A DNA stretch of 7,675 nt from Candidatus Heimdallarchaeota archaeon (lineage in GTDB: Archaea; Asgardarchaeota; Heimdallarchaeia; JABLTI01). Positions 6,609 through 7,675 of this stretch are shown here, one piece after another (within the stretch, counting starts at the first letter, position 1; the number at the start of each line of letters is the position of its first letter). The notes under the pieces are model-generated. The model worked only from the letters and a program-made list of their open reading frames with translations, was not told the DNA's origin and searched no databases. The DNA is taken from assembly GCA_030614005.1 (NCBI GenBank), contig JAUWKS010000103.1, positions 1 to 7,675 on the forward strand, in the 5' to 3' direction. The position numbers and the translations under genes are program-made.

Positions 6609-7394
6609 TCATACTCGAGACATTCGAGCAATCACTTCATCAACAGCGCCAATTAACCCTTCAATATTTCGCGCATCTAACTCTTTTATTTGTGCACGAT
6701 ATTCTGCATCAGTTAATTCACCAACTTGATGGCGAGCAAATAATTCTTCTTTCTTTGCAATCGTTTCATCCTTATCATAAAGGAGATTATCACGGTATTG
6801 TTTGAGCTTTGCTTCCTCTTCTTCAACTTTAGCCTCGGTAGCTTCTTCTTTATCATGATATTCTTTCTTTAATCGATCATAAGTTGAATCTTGAATACGA
6901 CCTTCTTTGTAAATATCTTCTAATTTTTCTTGACGCTCGCGCATTTCAAGCACATCTTGTACAAGGTTCAAAAGTGATACAGAAGCCATTGCTTTTCGTT
7001 TGTCTGCGATACTTTTTTCATGTTTTTTAATTGCAGTAGTTATTTTCTTTAAATCAGCATCATATTCTTTTTCAGTTATTGCTTCTTCAACTCTAAATTT
7101 AATCTCTAACAAATCTTTGTCTTTGTTTAAGGTCTCAACTTTCTTTTGGATAGGAATAATTTTTGAGAGAGCTAGAAGTGATTCTTCTTCCTCAGGTGTT
7201 AATTCCACTTTTACTTTTGGAGGTTTCTTTGAACTGGAACGTGGTTTGGTTTTTTCTTTGACTGGTTCCACAGGTTCTTCACTTACATTTACTTGAGAAG
7301 TGGTTTTTTCTTTATCCAATTTTGTACCACAGGATCTACAAAAACGAGCACCGGGTATTGCTCTGGCACCACATTTAGAACAAAACTTTACCAT
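6609..7394 (-). CDS. Zinc-ribbon protein with CdvA-like helical/coiled-coil repeats
   Basis: N-terminal C5xxC8-x10-C19xxC22 (FCSKCGA...ARFCRSCGTKL), a Lys/Pro/Ser/Glu-rich linker (about residues 27-70), then three helical units with turn motifs 'LLEIKFRVEEAITEKEY', 'LEDIYKEGRIQDSTY' and 'LFARHQVGELTDAEY'. The zinc ribbon and coiled coil are solid; CdvA similarity is recognised by eye. Confidence 0.7.
   Translation of the reverse strand: MVKFCSKCGARAIPGARFCRSCGTKLDKEKTTSQVNVSEEPVEPVKEKTKPRSSSKKPPKVKVELTPEEEESLLALSKIIPIQKKVETLNKDKDLLEIKFRVEEAITEKEYDADLKKITTAIKKHEKSIADKRKAMASVSLLNLVQDVLEMRERQEKLEDIYKEGRIQDSTYDRLKKEYHDKEEATEAKVEEEEAKLKQYRDNLLYDKDETIAKKEELFARHQVGELTDAEYRAQIKELDARNIEGLIGAVDEVIARMSRV
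7317..7394 (-). other. C4 zinc-ribbon domain (zinc_ribbon_2-like) within the CDS
   Basis: MVKFCSKCGARAIPGARFCRSCGTKL contains two CxxC pairs. Confidence 0.85.
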
Positions 7395-7675
7395 TTTTAA
7401 TCAGCTACCATATTATTAGTAATGTATAACGTCACAATCTCGTATTTATTAATATTTCAATATCATAGATTAAAAACAATAACCAAGGATTTTTTTAATT
7501 AGACTGTTATTTTATGTTATATTTGACTAATATATAAAATAATGAGTATTTTGTATGCTTTTCTTGTGAGGCGCTGTTCTTTTGAGAGCATTTTTTCTTC
7601 ATACTATTATTGTTTAGCTGAATATATTTCATTTAGCTAAAGAGGTTACTGAAAGTATTGTCCTTTATTTAAAAG

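Noticed and set aside
7000-7296. 98-aa plus-strand ORF from the track
   Set aside because: Antisense to the zinc-ribbon gene. Its Ser/Phe richness mirrors the Glu/Lys codons on the coding strand.
7185-7316. Pro-containing linker (EEPVEPVKE, KKPPKV) as a Vps4-binding MIM2 motif
   Set aside because: Does not match the hydrophobic-P-x-hydrophobic-P MIM2 pattern well. It is better explained as a disordered linker.
7397-7411. Four-codon upstream ORF (MVAD*) just before the zinc-ribbon gene on the minus strand
   Set aside because: Too short to separate from chance. The same bases may simply be the ribosome-binding region.
1-7675. CRISPR arrays, tRNA/rRNA genes, IS elements, integrases
   Set aside because: No regularly spaced repeats, cloverleaf or rRNA-like stretches, transposase motifs or terminal inverted repeats were seen by eye.

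Overview
AT-rich, densely coding archaeal-looking window. An Asgard archaeon (Heimdallarchaeia-like) is plausible from gene content and style, but that is inference. Left to right: (1) the 5' part of a MacB/FtsX-type ABC permease on the minus strand, missing from the supplied ORF track; (2) a ~520-aa uncharacterised protein with no signal peptide and three DUF11-like Ig/beta-sandwich repeats; (3) pyrF; (4) a stand-alone ThiS/MoaD/SAMP-type ubiquitin-like protein ending in GG; (5) an alpha/beta hydrolase whose lid carries a 22-residue hydrophobic segment; (6) a coupled nadA-nadC pair with no nadB/nadX in view; (7) a zinc-ribbon protein with three ~60-aa helical repeats resembling the coiled-coil region of CdvA, the archaeal ESCRT-III recruiter. 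Gene 7 is the strongest lead, followed by the Ig-repeat protein and the membrane-associated hydrolase. No rRNA, tRNA, CRISPR array or mobile element was seen. The genes point in mixed directions, and the sequence alone does not show that they form one multi-gene system.
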